This document shows, piece by piece, positions 52,347 through 64,000 of a stretch of DNA of 64,000 nt (within the stretch, counting starts at the first letter, position 1; every line of letters starts with the position of its first letter). The position numbers and the translations under genes were made by a program. The DNA is from Felis catus (lineage: Eukaryota), in contig NC_058368.1 of assembly GCF_018350175.1 (NCBI RefSeq), forward strand, positions 133,674,001-133,738,000. Reading direction: 5' to 3'. The notes beneath the pieces are model-generated. The model made no database searches, had not been told where the DNA came from, and saw only the letters and a list, made by a program, of their open reading frames with translations.

Positions 52347-52936
52347 ATAACCTGGCTTGTGCCATACTTCCTTTCTGCTATCCCTGATTTTCCTGAGTAG
52401 AGTTGATCCCCCCTTCTTTATGTTCTATTATATCTTTATTGTTTCTTATTGTTATGCTTTTCATATTAATTTAAATGACTTATTTACATTCTGTCTGGCT
52501 GCCAATGATCATGAGCCAATGACCGTAATCCCAGCATGGATTTGTTGCCTCTGAAAGGTAGGATTGGTTAGTTTTCTGTGAGCCCCCACAGAAAGAGAAG
52601 TTGTCACCTCGTTAACAAACACCCTAGACCGTGTTGGTAGGTTAGGGGTTAGAGAAGGGTTCCAGGAATATCTTATGAACCTTCTCTGGCCCACATGTAC
52701 CTTTGTAGAATTAGAAACAGGTGACCCTCTAGAGGGGTACAAAGCTGAGAGTAACTTAGTGAAAATGCAAAAAAAAAAAAAAAAAATGGGGTAGAAGCTG
52801 CCCAGAGCCATGCAGCAGGCTTGGCAAAGTAGGAAGCAGGCTGGACTTCAGCCTTCACTTACTTTTTTGCCCAGCACCTTTGTGCAGCCTTGAACAACTG
52901 CACATGGCTTCCCTGCCAGTGAAGGCCTTTGGGATA

Positions 52937-52988
52937 GGGCGTAAATACCCCGGAATCTAACCGGGCGTAAATACCCCGGAATCTAACC
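52937..52988. repeat. Perfect 26-bp tandem duplication
   Basis: gggcgtaaataccccggaatctaacc x2. Confidence 0.95.
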
Positions 52989-52999
52989 CTAGTACTGCC

Positions 53000-54172
53000 C
53001 CTAGGTGTATGTTGTTTTCTTCCTCTGTGTTTGGATGGAATTTGACTTCATAGACTTTGAAATGTAACCGCTTGAACACAGCCGCTTGATCACAGATTTG
53101 CGGTGTGCCTGTGGGCTAGCAGCAGTGCTTGAATATTCTTGCTAAAATAAAACTTCATTTGATCAAGTACTTCTAGGCAGACCACTGGTTACTGAATTTT
53201 AAAACACTTTAAAATACACCAGAAGAAATGAGTCAGCTATGTTCTTCCTGCACCACAATGCAAGTACACTTAGTCCCAACTTATGGATAGAAGGAAACAT
53301 TGTGTTGCTGAAATAAATACGAGATGAAACTTTCAGGCTTCCAAAACATACGTTCTCCCTTTGCTTCCTTAATCGTATCTGATTGCTTTTGTCAAGTGTA
53401 GTAGCGCTGTGAGGTTCCTAACAATCAGTTTTCAAAAATAGAAATACAAGCTCCTATCTCTCGCATTTCCACTTGGTATTTCCCATTGTAGGGTTTTGCC
53501 TGTTCACACAAGGCTTTGCCTCACACCAGAGTTCAACATCCCCCAAATTAACACAGTTAGTTTATTCCTCTTTCTGATGATTGCCTTATATAGAAAAAAA
53601 TCTAATTGTTTTCGTTCGGCACCATTCTCCCATGTCTTTCTTGTGGCACATGAGTGATTCTGTTAACTCCACCAAGGAAAGAGTAAGCGGAACTTCCTCA
53701 GGGTGTCCGGATTCTCTCTGAGCGCGTCCCTGGGAGATGGGGAATGGTTGAGGTTTGCCGAGATAAACTCTTTCACAAGTACGATGCTGCTGCTTTATTG
53801 TTTTGTTCCAGTCCGCAGGATGAAAGGACTTTTCATCTCACCGAGGTGAAAACTGGGTCTGTGAGTGGAGCGACTTTGTTTAAAAAAAAAAAAAAAAAAT
53901 CAGAAACCAATTACTTGATATGCAGAGCTGAAAGCCTCATTCCCTTAACGAAATCAGTGCTGTGTGCACTGCCGTTAACCTGAGGAAGGCGGCTGACATC
54001 TCTTGATTACGGCTAGAGGTGGAAGGACCCAAACTTGCAGGATCCCCCTCCCCCTAGAGAGATTCTTAGTCCAGTCCTTTATAGAGGTTCGTTTTGGCTC
54101 TCTGTCATCGCCGGGACGCTGGCAGGGAATGTGTGCATTGGTTACAATACAGTGTGGTAACATATAACAACC
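53000..54172 (+). promoter_or_regulatory. MAST4: Putative internal promoter / 5'UTR of the MKAQ-type MAST4 isoform
   Basis: Repeat-free, mildly CpG-enriched DNA directly upstream of an ATG-bearing exon; AP-1 site TGAGTCA near 53229. The TSS cannot be placed from sequence. Confidence 0.55.
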
Positions 54173-54219
54173 ATGAAAGCCCAGCGGGAAAGGCTACAGA
54201 TTCCGGGGCTGACCTTGGA
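54173..54219 (+). CDS. MAST4: MAST4 alternative first exon, coding part MKAQRERLQIPGLTL(D)
   Basis: acaaccATG with A at -3; 15 codons + GA, then a consensus GTAAGT donor at 54220. Peptide matches the recalled N-terminus of a MAST4 isoform (MKAQRERLQIPGLTLDCRTSNRKS...). Confidence 0.9.
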
Positions 54220-57200
54220 GTAAGTATTGTCTGTCTTTAATATTTTAATGCTTTCTGCATGGCACTCGCTTTCCTGCGCCCAATAGCTCTTTAGCATTTG
54301 TTTGTACTGACAGCCTCAGAGCACTGCAGTGTGAGGTGAAGGAACGTGTCTTAAATGCATGGCATTTGTTTTCAGCTCATGTGGAAACCCAGACCCTGCA
54401 TTTTGCACTGCAGTCAGAAGAGAAGAGGGTTTTTTGTTGTTGTTGTTGTTGTTGTTTTTTATGTTTTGTTTTTTTTTTTGCATATTTAAAGTTACTAAAC
54501 CTCAGTGCTGGAAACATCTTAACAGCTCATTGTGAAAGAATGTATCAGCAGGCCTTGGTGTAGCTGTCTTTTTCTCCTCTCTTACTGTTTGTTTATCCCC
54601 ACGCTGCCTTTTTCTAAAGAAAGGCCTCTGTCTGCATTGAATAATAGAAGACATTACAATGGATTAGAGTACAAGAGAAGGGTTATTTGTAACATTCATT
54701 AGATGTGATCCATGTTTTATTTGTGCAACAGAATATTAATGAACTGTAGTGCATTTTGAATCCTCTCTGCACTGTCTCCAGCCACCGCATGCAGTGTTTA
54801 CCTAGTTGAGATATGTGTTTGCTTAGCTGTTTTTATTTTTTTTTTTAACCCATTAACTCATCCGACTGCCTTCTAATCTGATGTAGCCACATGAAAATGC
54901 CCACATCTAATTTGTGGCGCAGAAGTTAAACATCTGTGATGCAGGAAGCGTCAGCAAATTTTTATTTTAAATCTCTTAGTCAAAGATGCAGAAGTCTGTG
55001 CTTGGCACACTTACCATAATAAACAGTAAAATAGAAATGTGGTAGAAAAATAGAAATAGCCCTTTTTTCTAACTCCTAATAAAGGTGGAAAATTGCGTGT
55101 CAGTTGAGATTCATACAATCCAAATCATTTTATACTCGATTACTTCCAGGAAGAGCCTGCAGGAAGAGTACTGTGCCCCGTTCTGAGTACTAATTATTCT
55201 TCTTGAATTCTGGAGATGCGTCATACGAGGGAACTGACTTCATAATTAAATAATTAATAAAAAACATGGCATATCTCAAGTGATGTGAATACTTTTCTAA
55301 TCAATTCTCGCACTAAAATTTGACGCTGATTTTATACTAACAAGTACTCACTTAGAAAAAGTTAGAGGGCTCTTAACAGCCCTCTTGCTAGCTGTGGCAT
55401 TTTTCATAATGCACATCCAAGTGGTATTTACCTATTGCCCTGACATCTGTCCCCATCTCCACCTCCACCGTGGCATTCAGCCCTCACTGTCCATATGCAA
55501 TATCTCAGTGGCACGCACTCCTTCTTCCACGTACCCCTCCTCTCTCTAGCGTTCTGGAAGTGCACAGCTCACTCAGATGCCTATGCTTCTGTGTTCAAGA
55601 CCCAGGAGCACTAACCCCCGATTCTGGTTGTGCCACTTCCTTGTTGCTGTCTTTTGGACTTAGTATGTATCATTTCACATTACGCCTTTTTCTTTCATTT
55701 TTAGCATCTTTCCATTTTAGAAGGAGACATTTGAAAGTAACTTCTCAATATACAAATTCAGTTGTATCAAATGTTCTGCCCGTAATTTGAGAGTCTGAGG
55801 TATGCCACAAATTTTATGACTTTGTCAATGATGACACAGTGCATATGGGTCAGCCAAACACAGGGGGTTCCCTGGATTTTGTTTTGGCTCAGGCCACACC
55901 CCCTGAGTCTAGCTTCTAAATGTTACTGTGCATTTAAAATCGATTACTCCTCCCCCTAAGGAGCTTGACATAATAGAAATAGGGATCACTCTTAAATGTC
56001 ATTGTAGTGTTAGCATAACACTTTGAGCATTTCGCTTACCTTGAAATGTAAAGTCACTCTTAGGTAGACATAGTTAATTTTGCATTCATTCACAGAGAAA
56101 GGTAATTCTATAGTCTTGGGGTAAATTCATTTTCTAACCACTGCTTGGAAATGTTATAATGGGAAATCTTATCACTCATTTTATTAAAAGCAGATTTAAT
56201 GTTTATTGTTTTAATTATCTGGGGACCTTATAATACACCACATATGTGGCATAGTTTTTGAATGTTCTCCCATGAGACTGTACTGTTTTTCTTTCAGGAG
56301 GGTGTATTCCGTAGGCCTTGCAGCGATCACTCTTACGGTAGCATATTTTATATTCTGTAGACAGAACTCGATTTCCCATCTGACTTACCAATAACACACC
56401 ACGAAGCACTTTCTGATTCCCCTTTTAAAAATTGAAATTTCTGGATGTGAGACATCAAATACATATGTATTTCAGACATTAATGAGTCATTAATTTATTC
56501 AGAAATCTCTGATATTTAGATGGCGGATGTGTGGCCTTAACAGTTTCTGAGAAAGTAAGTCGCTTTTTTCTTTCTTTTTCTCAACTTAAGTGTAGAAATT
56601 GGAGTAAGTACAGAAATAGTTGGTAACACGGATACCTGTGTCAGCTTGGAGACACAGAGTGGGTTCCATGCCTATGCATGTCTATTTTCAGAACACAAGG
56701 GACAGATAAGACTGTACTTAGGTTAAATCACGTCTGTGTCAGTAGACATTCCTGAGAGCTTTCCAATGAGCTGCTAAGTTAGAGTACAGCATGTTTAAGA
56801 GCAGTGGCTTTTGAACGTGCTCTGACTGTATAAGGAAATCAATTTCTTAGTTTCTTAAATACTGCCACCAAACCAGAGAATGGTTTTAAAAGATAAAAAC
56901 AAAAAACAAAAAAAAAACAACTTTGTTGAAACATTTTATTAAATAAGTGGGAGCATTTTGAGCAGTAATTCTATGTTTCAGTTTAAGACGAATACAGCCA
57001 AGTCTCAATTATCCATATGATGGGAAACAAGGATGGAACTGAAAATGTGATAAACCCAAGTCTGATTTTAGCCACGGTTGTCATTTCTCTGTTCAGTAAA
57101 GGGGACAACCAGCTTGAATCATCCAGTGTACTGTTCCATTCCAAGACCCCTTCTCTGAGATAGAAAGACATGGTGTGGTGTAGTCATGGCCAGTACAGGG

Positions 57201-59619
57201 GCAGGAGAATATTCTTTAAGAAACTCATTGCACCATAGTGTGCATTTGTCTGCTCACTTGAGCCAAAGAGTTGGTACCAGAGTACCTAGCTGATTCTAAT
57301 TTTGATTTGGCGATGTAAAAATAATTGGAAATAATTGGATATTAGCTTCATACTTTGATCCACGGGTCAAATTTTTATAAGTAAGATATGTGACAAATGT
57401 TAAGTTTTGTGTCTTCCCTAAAACAAGAGAGAGATGAGTCCAAAAGGAAAAACAATTCAAGGAAACATAGGCTGTCCACTCTGATGAATATTTGAGAGCT
57501 GGCTGGTCATTGTGCTTGGTTGTTTGGATAGGTTGGTGGGGGTGGAGACCGTAATGGTCTTTTGACAGATGAAATTGAAAAAAAACCTCTCGAGAAAGTA
57601 CAATCATTTATAGGTATATGTAAGAAATTTTGAAGTTCTCTATTACAAACATAAGTGTAAGAACACTTTTTGCCTTTGCCCCCGGGGATTACAGAAAATG
57701 TTGTTGGGTGTTTTTCACTGCTAAGTGCTTAAAAACATATCTTCCTATTTGGAAATGTTTGCTGCTCTGCCTTTTAAAAACCACTGTATTTAACCTGAAT
57801 TCTATTGTCTGGTAACTACTTCCCTCTAGTTCTACAGTTTTACAATTGATTGTTGGTCAGAAATAGAATATACCAAGTGAGTAAAGCAGGGCCAAGTTTT
57901 CCCAGCAAACACCACAGAAGATACCTACCACGTTAGCTTTGTGACCAAGAAAAGGCACAAATGCAAATGGCAGCAGTAGTTTTAAGGAAATCAGTTTCAG
58001 TAGGAAGCCTTGCCCTTGTTCTCTATTTTAGAGCTGGAAAGAGGCAGGTGATGAGCTGATTACCTAAGGGCATCGGTAGGCATGCCACCGTGGTTCTGGC
58101 CTAAAGGGAACATGGTCGCTTAGATGAGCATTGCTATTTTACTGCCACCATTTCCCCCATTGGAATGACATTATTTTAACTTTCAGTCTCACTCCAAGGA
58201 GCCTGAGTCCAACCCCAACCAGCCCAGGCAGCCCCTGTAGTCCTCTCTTCGCTTTTCACTTCTGGAGGTAAGCGCACTCCAGTGCCACCGGCCCTTGGCT
58301 GCTGGGTCTCTCCCTTCCCTTCCCCCACACCCTGCATCAAGTATGGAACCCTTGGGACTCTGCAATTCACAGTGAACAGTCCTTTCCTAATTGTCGTCTA
58401 AGTGTTAACAGAGAGAGTGAGGAATCTGGTTGAGTCGTTTACAGATGATTTACAGGAGCACCTGGAATATGTGCTGTGCTCCTACCATTCAGTTCATCTT
58501 ATTTATGCTTCTGTTAATGCCCAGTGATGAGTTGTGTAACTCCTGTGTGTGTGTGATGGTTTTTCCTGTCGCTTTCTCAGGAGATGATCTGCTAAATTGT
58601 ACAAAATGTGATCCACCTCTTATAATACAACTTATTACAATTTCTAGAAAATATTTTCTAATTCGTGTTAAAGCACCACAATATGCATTGCCACACATTA
58701 TTTTATATCCTGGTATTTGCAGGACAACTCTTTAAATTCCCTAAAAGGATTAGGATTTTTGATCCCTTGTAAAACTCCTGCTACCTCCCTACCCTCTTGC
58801 TCACTGGCTGATGTAAATGAATACTTCTCTGGTCTTTAGAGAAAGATCTCCAAGGAGCTTTACTTTTACTTGAGCCCAGTTTGTTAAAAGAATGCCTGTT
58901 AGAAGCTACTGTTTACATTGTATGTATAATGCTATGTTCTGTTAAGATTTTCATGAATTCAAAGCCTGGACAGAGTGAGTCTCCCACTATTTAATGAGAA
59001 GATATGCATACCGTATCCAGTAACCCCCCCCCTTTTTTAATCCTAAGAGAGAAAACGAATGAAATTCTCAGTTGATAGAGTGACTTAAATTATTTGTTAT
59101 TAGTGAATATATTTTTTTGCCTATATGCAAATGAATGAAAACACTAGCCACTCATGGCCATTTCCTTAAAAATAGTAACTCACAGGTTTTATGCTTAGAT
59201 GGTATCAATGGGTCAATTTAACTTATTTGTTTCTCTCATTTTCTAAAATAAGACTGAACTAAAATCTGTGAAGAATTGACTGGGGAAATGAATTAATGAC
59301 TTTGAACTTTACTTCTACTCTTCTGCTGATAGGATTAAATTTATTGTAAAAGTGACTTTCAACATGAAAGTTCCATGTAATAGCTTTCATAAAGCATATA
59401 ATATATGCTGTCTGAATATAATAGATCCTGAAGCATAGGAATAGTTTTCTGACAATCCAGAGAACTCCCCTACTCATGTAAGTTGTCTATTTTTGATGAT
59501 CCAACCAAAAGTAATTTGACTCTCTACTGAATTTTTTCTTTAGTGTAACACATGTCTTCATTAAATGCTTACATTCCCTTTTCTTTTTCCTTCCTGAAGA
59601 CAATAAACTATTCAGAATG

Positions 59620-60200
59620 CAAGTGCTATCAACAGTAGAGGAGAAAAGAGTATCAGACAAAGGTTGTGGTAGCTCAGAGGAGGGTGAAGTTTTTTTTGGA
59701 AAAGGAGAGTGTTTTTGTAGAAAGATTTATGAGACCTGGTGATATTTGAGCTGGACCTTGAGAAATAGTGGTGTTTCGGGGGCAGTGGTGGGAAGGATGG
59801 TTGTGAAGGACAAAACCAGGCTGAGAATAAGACAAAGTGAAAAAGGTGAGCAAATGTGGCACATTGGAGAAATGATGTGTGTAGCCAGGACATAGGATGG
59901 ATAAAGGAGAAGAAAATCAGGAGTTGTACAGCGCTGGATACGGACTTAAAAAACAATGTGGGATCATGTTTCTTAGAGCCTTGAACACTGAGCTAAGAAG
60001 TTTGACTTATATCTTGTAAGCGTTCCAGAGTTTTAGAAAGTTTGTTGAATAAGGAAATGACCAATCAGAGCTCAGACTGAGGAAAGTTACCTTCACCAGG
60101 TATTAAGAATAGGCTGGATTTTGGGTACAAACTTGAGTGAGGCTACTAGTACATTATTTCATGAGTAACAAGTCCCAGATTAGGACAGGTACAGTGAATT
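59620..60200 (-). mobile_element. L2 fragment
   Basis: ggtgatatttgagctggaccttga...gagccttgaacactgagctaagaagtttgacttatatct..ggaaatgaccaatcaga. Confidence 0.7.
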
Positions 60201-60569
60201 GAATTAACATGTGAAAAGTACAATATAGTTGACCACATGCTTTCATACACATTGTCTCATTCCATTTAATCCATCATGGTAAGACCGAAGGGAACATTGC
60301 TTCCATTTGCCGATGAAGATGCTACCACACAAAGAGATTAACCAGCTTTACTAGCCTAGGATTCAAAATGAAGTCTCACATTTTTCCACCGTGACTAACC
60401 TGAGATACATAATGCTCTGAGATCATTTGTATTGAATTTTAATTTCTGGTTTACGTAGTCTTGTGACCTCCTTCAGTCATTTTTATTTCCCCAGTGCTTC
60501 TTTCCGGAAGTGTTTGAGAAATGTTTATGAATAAATGAATGACTTGGAAATAGAAGATGGATTTCTTAC

Positions 60570-60952
60570 ATCACGGCTCACACACAAACCACCAAATAAA
60601 CATCAAAAAACATTTGCTCACATACAATGGGTTGTACTTGTCATTCACAGACCAGGAGTGTGAGAGACTATCTCCTCCACACGGTCATTGCGGGATCTGG
60701 GGGGTGGGTCTTCAGCACATGCCTTCAAGTTTGCCCTGGGTATCCGCATTCGGCTGGTGGAATGGGAAGGAGTGTGGGAGATGGTGGACTGCCCGACCTG
60801 AGGATGGCACACATCAGTTCCACTCACATGCCATTGCCCAGCATTTTCTATTCTGACTGCATCTATGGCAAGCAAGGCTGGAGAATACAGCTTTCTCGTG
60901 TTGTGGAAGCAGAGGAAATGAGTTTGGTAAACAGCTGGCAATCCTGATCACA
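60570..60952 (-). mobile_element. MLT1J-like solo LTR
   Basis: cacatcagttccactcacatgccattg..gcaagcaaggctggagaatacag..agaggaaatgagtttggtaaacagctggca. Confidence 0.7.
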
Positions 60953-61885
60953 AAAGTCGATGAAAGAAAGGTGCCCACGGTTGCTCTTTAGTAGATAATT
61001 TTGAATCAGGGATTTGCACTGAGGTTTCTAGCATTAATTGAATGGACCCCAAGGCAGCAGAGTTGGAGAGGGAGGAAAACCGAGTCGCGGTGAGTCTGGT
61101 CTTGAACACCCTGAGACCTCCCGAGGTAGTGATATCTGGTTGGCAGCACAGGATGAAGCATCTCTAACAGTGTGCCCCCAAATAATGGCCTGGTATGAAT
61201 TGTAGCGATTGCAAATATGTTCATGCTGTTACCACGGAAAGAGATTTATTGTAACCATGCACAGATTTTTTTTTTTCTTTGTGATGGATCACATTTCTTT
61301 TTTGTTCTCATCTTATGAGTGGGGTTTGCCTGTCTGGGGGAGAGCGGTGGTGGTGAGCATTCACAGTGTATGTGCCCTTTAGAGGTGCTGACACATGGTT
61401 TCTAAATATGGCAATGGAAGATTCTGTTCCTTTCATAGTAAACCCCTGGAGGCAGGCGATGCTGAGACGGGATTTAGCTTTCCAGCTTAGGCTTCCTGAA
61501 GGTTGCCCAGAAACGAGAGATCTGCAGCTTCTAGGGCAGGGCAGGTGCTAAATAAAGTTCAAGTTTAGTTTGGTCCGTCTTGGGAGTAAAACCTTGCACT
61601 GCGGCCTGGAGGCCCCAAGCGGGGTGGCCTGAGGGCAAGACTTTGCTAAGGAAGTTTTCTGAATGTGGGAGAGGCTGCCTCATCAGACCTTCAGCTTCCT
61701 GCCCCTGGAAGTCTCGTAGGAAGGCCAGTCTTAGCTGGAAGGATGTGAGGTCATTCCTGCAGCCAGCAGAGCAGTAGACCAAATGATTCCCAAAGGCCCT
61801 TCCATCCAGAAATTCTGACACCTTTGCTGTCCTCCAGCAGGGCTGGAGAGGGAGATACAAAATACACAATACGTCCACAAGCTGT

Positions 61886-61888
<3 letters not shown>

Positions 61889-61923
<35 letters not shown>
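61889..61923. repeat. (AC)n microsatellite
   Basis: Seen directly. Confidence 0.95.
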
Positions 61924-61925
<2 letters not shown>

Positions 61926-62320
61926 CCCAAATATTGGCTTATTAGTACAGATGTGACAGAGAATATCTTAAAAACCTTAAGTGGAATTTATAATATGCCT
62001 TCACTCTTCCCCTTCTGAGGCAACTATAGCCACTCAGAATTTCCACAGTCCTCAGTACTTCATAAATTGATGACAGTTTAGTGGCTCTTCATATAATGAT
62101 GATGTCATTGCCTCATGAGTAATTTGGATATGACCCTTGTCAGCTCCTAATCTCGACTCTGATCAAATAGTGAGGTTCCAAGGGAAGCTGCCTCATTTTA
62201 TATTCTCAGTGTCTTTCTTGACACCTGTCCTGCCTTGCCCTCAGTCGGGACGCGGTTAGTAGCCGAGGGCTGGCTGTCTTTACTCAGTAGCTGCCTTTCT
62301 GTTACGATAGAGCAGTGTTC

Positions 62321-62538
62321 TTTTTTTTTTTTTTAAATCTTTAATGTTTATTTTTGAGAGAGAGAGAAAGAGAGAGTGGGCAGGGGAGGGCCAGAGAGAG
62401 GGAGACACAGAATCTGAAGCAGGCTCCAGGCTCTGAGCTCTCAGCACAGATCACGATGCAGGGCTCAAACTCATGAGCTTTGAGATCATGACCTCAGCTG
62501 AAGTCAGAGGCTTAACCAACTGAGCCACCCAGGTGTCT
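62321..62538 (-). mobile_element. CAN-SINE
   Basis: TSD gagcag(t/c)gttc. Confidence 0.92.
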
Positions 62539-62993
62539 TGAGCAGCGTTCCTTTGTATTTCCGTTTCATGCCCCGGCTTCTCAGCGGATGTCAAGCCCTG
62601 GAGCATCCACGGCACTCTGTACACTCCTATGTGATGTCTTCGGTCCTTTGTCCAGCTCTCCATCTGGTTCATGGAGTCTCAGGTATTGGACACACAGTCA
62701 GCGAGAAGTCAGCGAGAAGAAGGCATTCCCTTTCTTCTTAGACCTCCCGAAGCCCTCTTGCCATGTTTAAGGTGTGGCTTGATCACACATGACACATTGC
62801 CAGTAGCACACAGTCCTAGTTTCAGAGAAGAATATTCCCACCATATTACCACTCTCCACAAGGACAGTGTTTATGTCTATTTTTTTTTTCACAGATGTAT
62901 CCACAAATAGTGCCTGACACACACGGTAGGGGCTCCTACTGCTGGAAGAACGACCATTATCTGTGGGACTCAAGCCTGTTCAGATGTTTTGGG

Positions 62994-63667
62994 TTTTTTT
63001 TAAAGTATTTTTATTATTTGTTGTTTTTAATTTTTTTAATGTTTATTTTTGAGAGAGAAAGACAGCGTGAGCAGGAGAGGTGCAGAGAGAGGGAGACACA
63101 GAATCCGAAGCAGGCTCCAGGCTCTGAGCTGTCAGCACAGAGCCTGATGCGGGGCTTGAACTTGTCAACCATGAGGTCATGACCTGAGCCGAAGTTGGAT
63201 GCTTAACCGACTGAGCCACCCAGGCACCCCCTATTTGTTATGTTATTATATTATATTATATTATATTATATTATATTATATTATATTATATTATATTATA
63301 TTTTAGAGACAGAGTGAATGTGAGCTGGGAAGAGGGACAGAGGAAGAGAGAGAGAATCCCAGGCAGGCTCTATGCTGAGCATGAGCCTGATGTGGGGCTC
63401 GACCCCATGACCCTGGGATCATGACTTGAGCTGAAATCAAGAGCTGGTGAATGACTGAGCCACCCAGGGGACCCAGTTATGATGATTTTGTTTAATGTTT
63501 ATTTTACTGATTTTGAGAGAGAGAAGGAGAGAGACAGAATCCCAAGCAGGCCCCACACTGTCAGCACAGAGCCAGATTCAGGGCTCAAACTCCCAAACTG
63601 TGAGATCATGACCTGAGCCAAAATCAAGAGTCAGACACTTAGCTGCCTGAGTCACCTAGATGTCCCC
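62994..63667 (-). mobile_element. Cluster of three tandem CAN-SINEs (about 62994-63231, 63232-63474 with (TTATA)n tail, 63484-63667)
   Basis: Three SINE bodies; whole cluster flanked by gttc(a/t)gatgtttt. Confidence 0.9.
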
Positions 63668-64000
63668 TCAGTTCTGATGTTTTTAACCTGTGCTCCAAAC
63701 ATGGCATATATTTATATAGTATGTGTGTTTTAAGAATGGTGTTGACGCTTTGAGAGGGAGGGCATGCATTTTGATTCATTCATAAATATTAAATGATAGC
63801 CATCAAAATGTAAAAACTGGTCAGCCATTAATTATAAATAAAACAAGGTCCAAGGCCGAAGAAGACAGGCATTATTAAAGAAAGGTGAACCTCAGAGTAT
63901 ATTAGAGACCGTGCCTGGCTGTGGTGAGGGGCAGAGAAAATGATCTAGAAGTCATGGCAGATCCCACACTGAAGAGCTCCATCACTTGAAGGAAAGGTAG

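Noticed and set aside
51920..52387. Overlapping low-complexity ORFs (LPSF/KEGR repeats)
   Set aside because: Artefacts of the stop-free (CCTT)n tract.
8316..54000. Terminal exon of the short human MAST4 isoform (recalled as ...PVCPNAGRTSPLG*)
   Set aside because: I could not find a matching sequence by eye, so it is not reported.
58816..58925. Exon-like segment (tctttAG...catt|GTATGT) downstream of the MKAQ exon
   Set aside because: In-frame TGA after about 10 codons in the required phase and a weak donor; no supporting evidence.
61042..61095. ATG-initiated mini-ORF MDPKAAELEREENRVA followed by a good GTGAGT donor, a possible extra first exon
   Set aside because: It ends in phase 0, incompatible with the phase-2 acceptor implied by the two MAST4 exons; weak Kozak context; peptide not recognised.
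1..64000. CRISPR arrays, tRNA/rRNA genes or prokaryote-type systems
   Set aside because: None seen; tRNA-like A/B boxes belong to CAN-SINE heads and the DNA is clearly mammalian intron.

Overview
Mammalian intronic DNA from a feliform carnivore, most likely a felid, judged from about 35 CAN-SINEs of the SINEC_Fc type. I read the window as part of a very long + strand intron system of MAST4 (microtubule-associated Ser/Thr kinase 4). Only two small coding exons are recognisable, both identified from my recollection of MAST4 isoform peptides, not a search. One is a 36-nt in-frame cassette exon at 8280-8315 (L-IDSQKWNCLVK-R) lying inside an ancient antisense LINE-1. The other is an alternative first exon with coding part 54173-54219 (MKAQRERLQIPGLTL-D). 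Both end in phase 2. The rest is repeats (CAN-SINE, L1, L2, MIR, MLT1 LTRs, MER20/MER33/Tigger2 DNA elements, microsatellites) and unique intronic DNA. The most notable structures are the exonised L1, a 5'-truncated COG4 retrocopy splitting a CAN-SINE without a TSD (33443-34233), a 191-bp inverted self-duplication inside an L1 (48563-48753 / 49348-49538), a uORF and tandem motifs near the internal promoter, and a strong antisense bias of SINEs. Most ORFs in the supplied track are repeat-derived or chance. Repeat boundaries and subfamily names are by eye and approximate.
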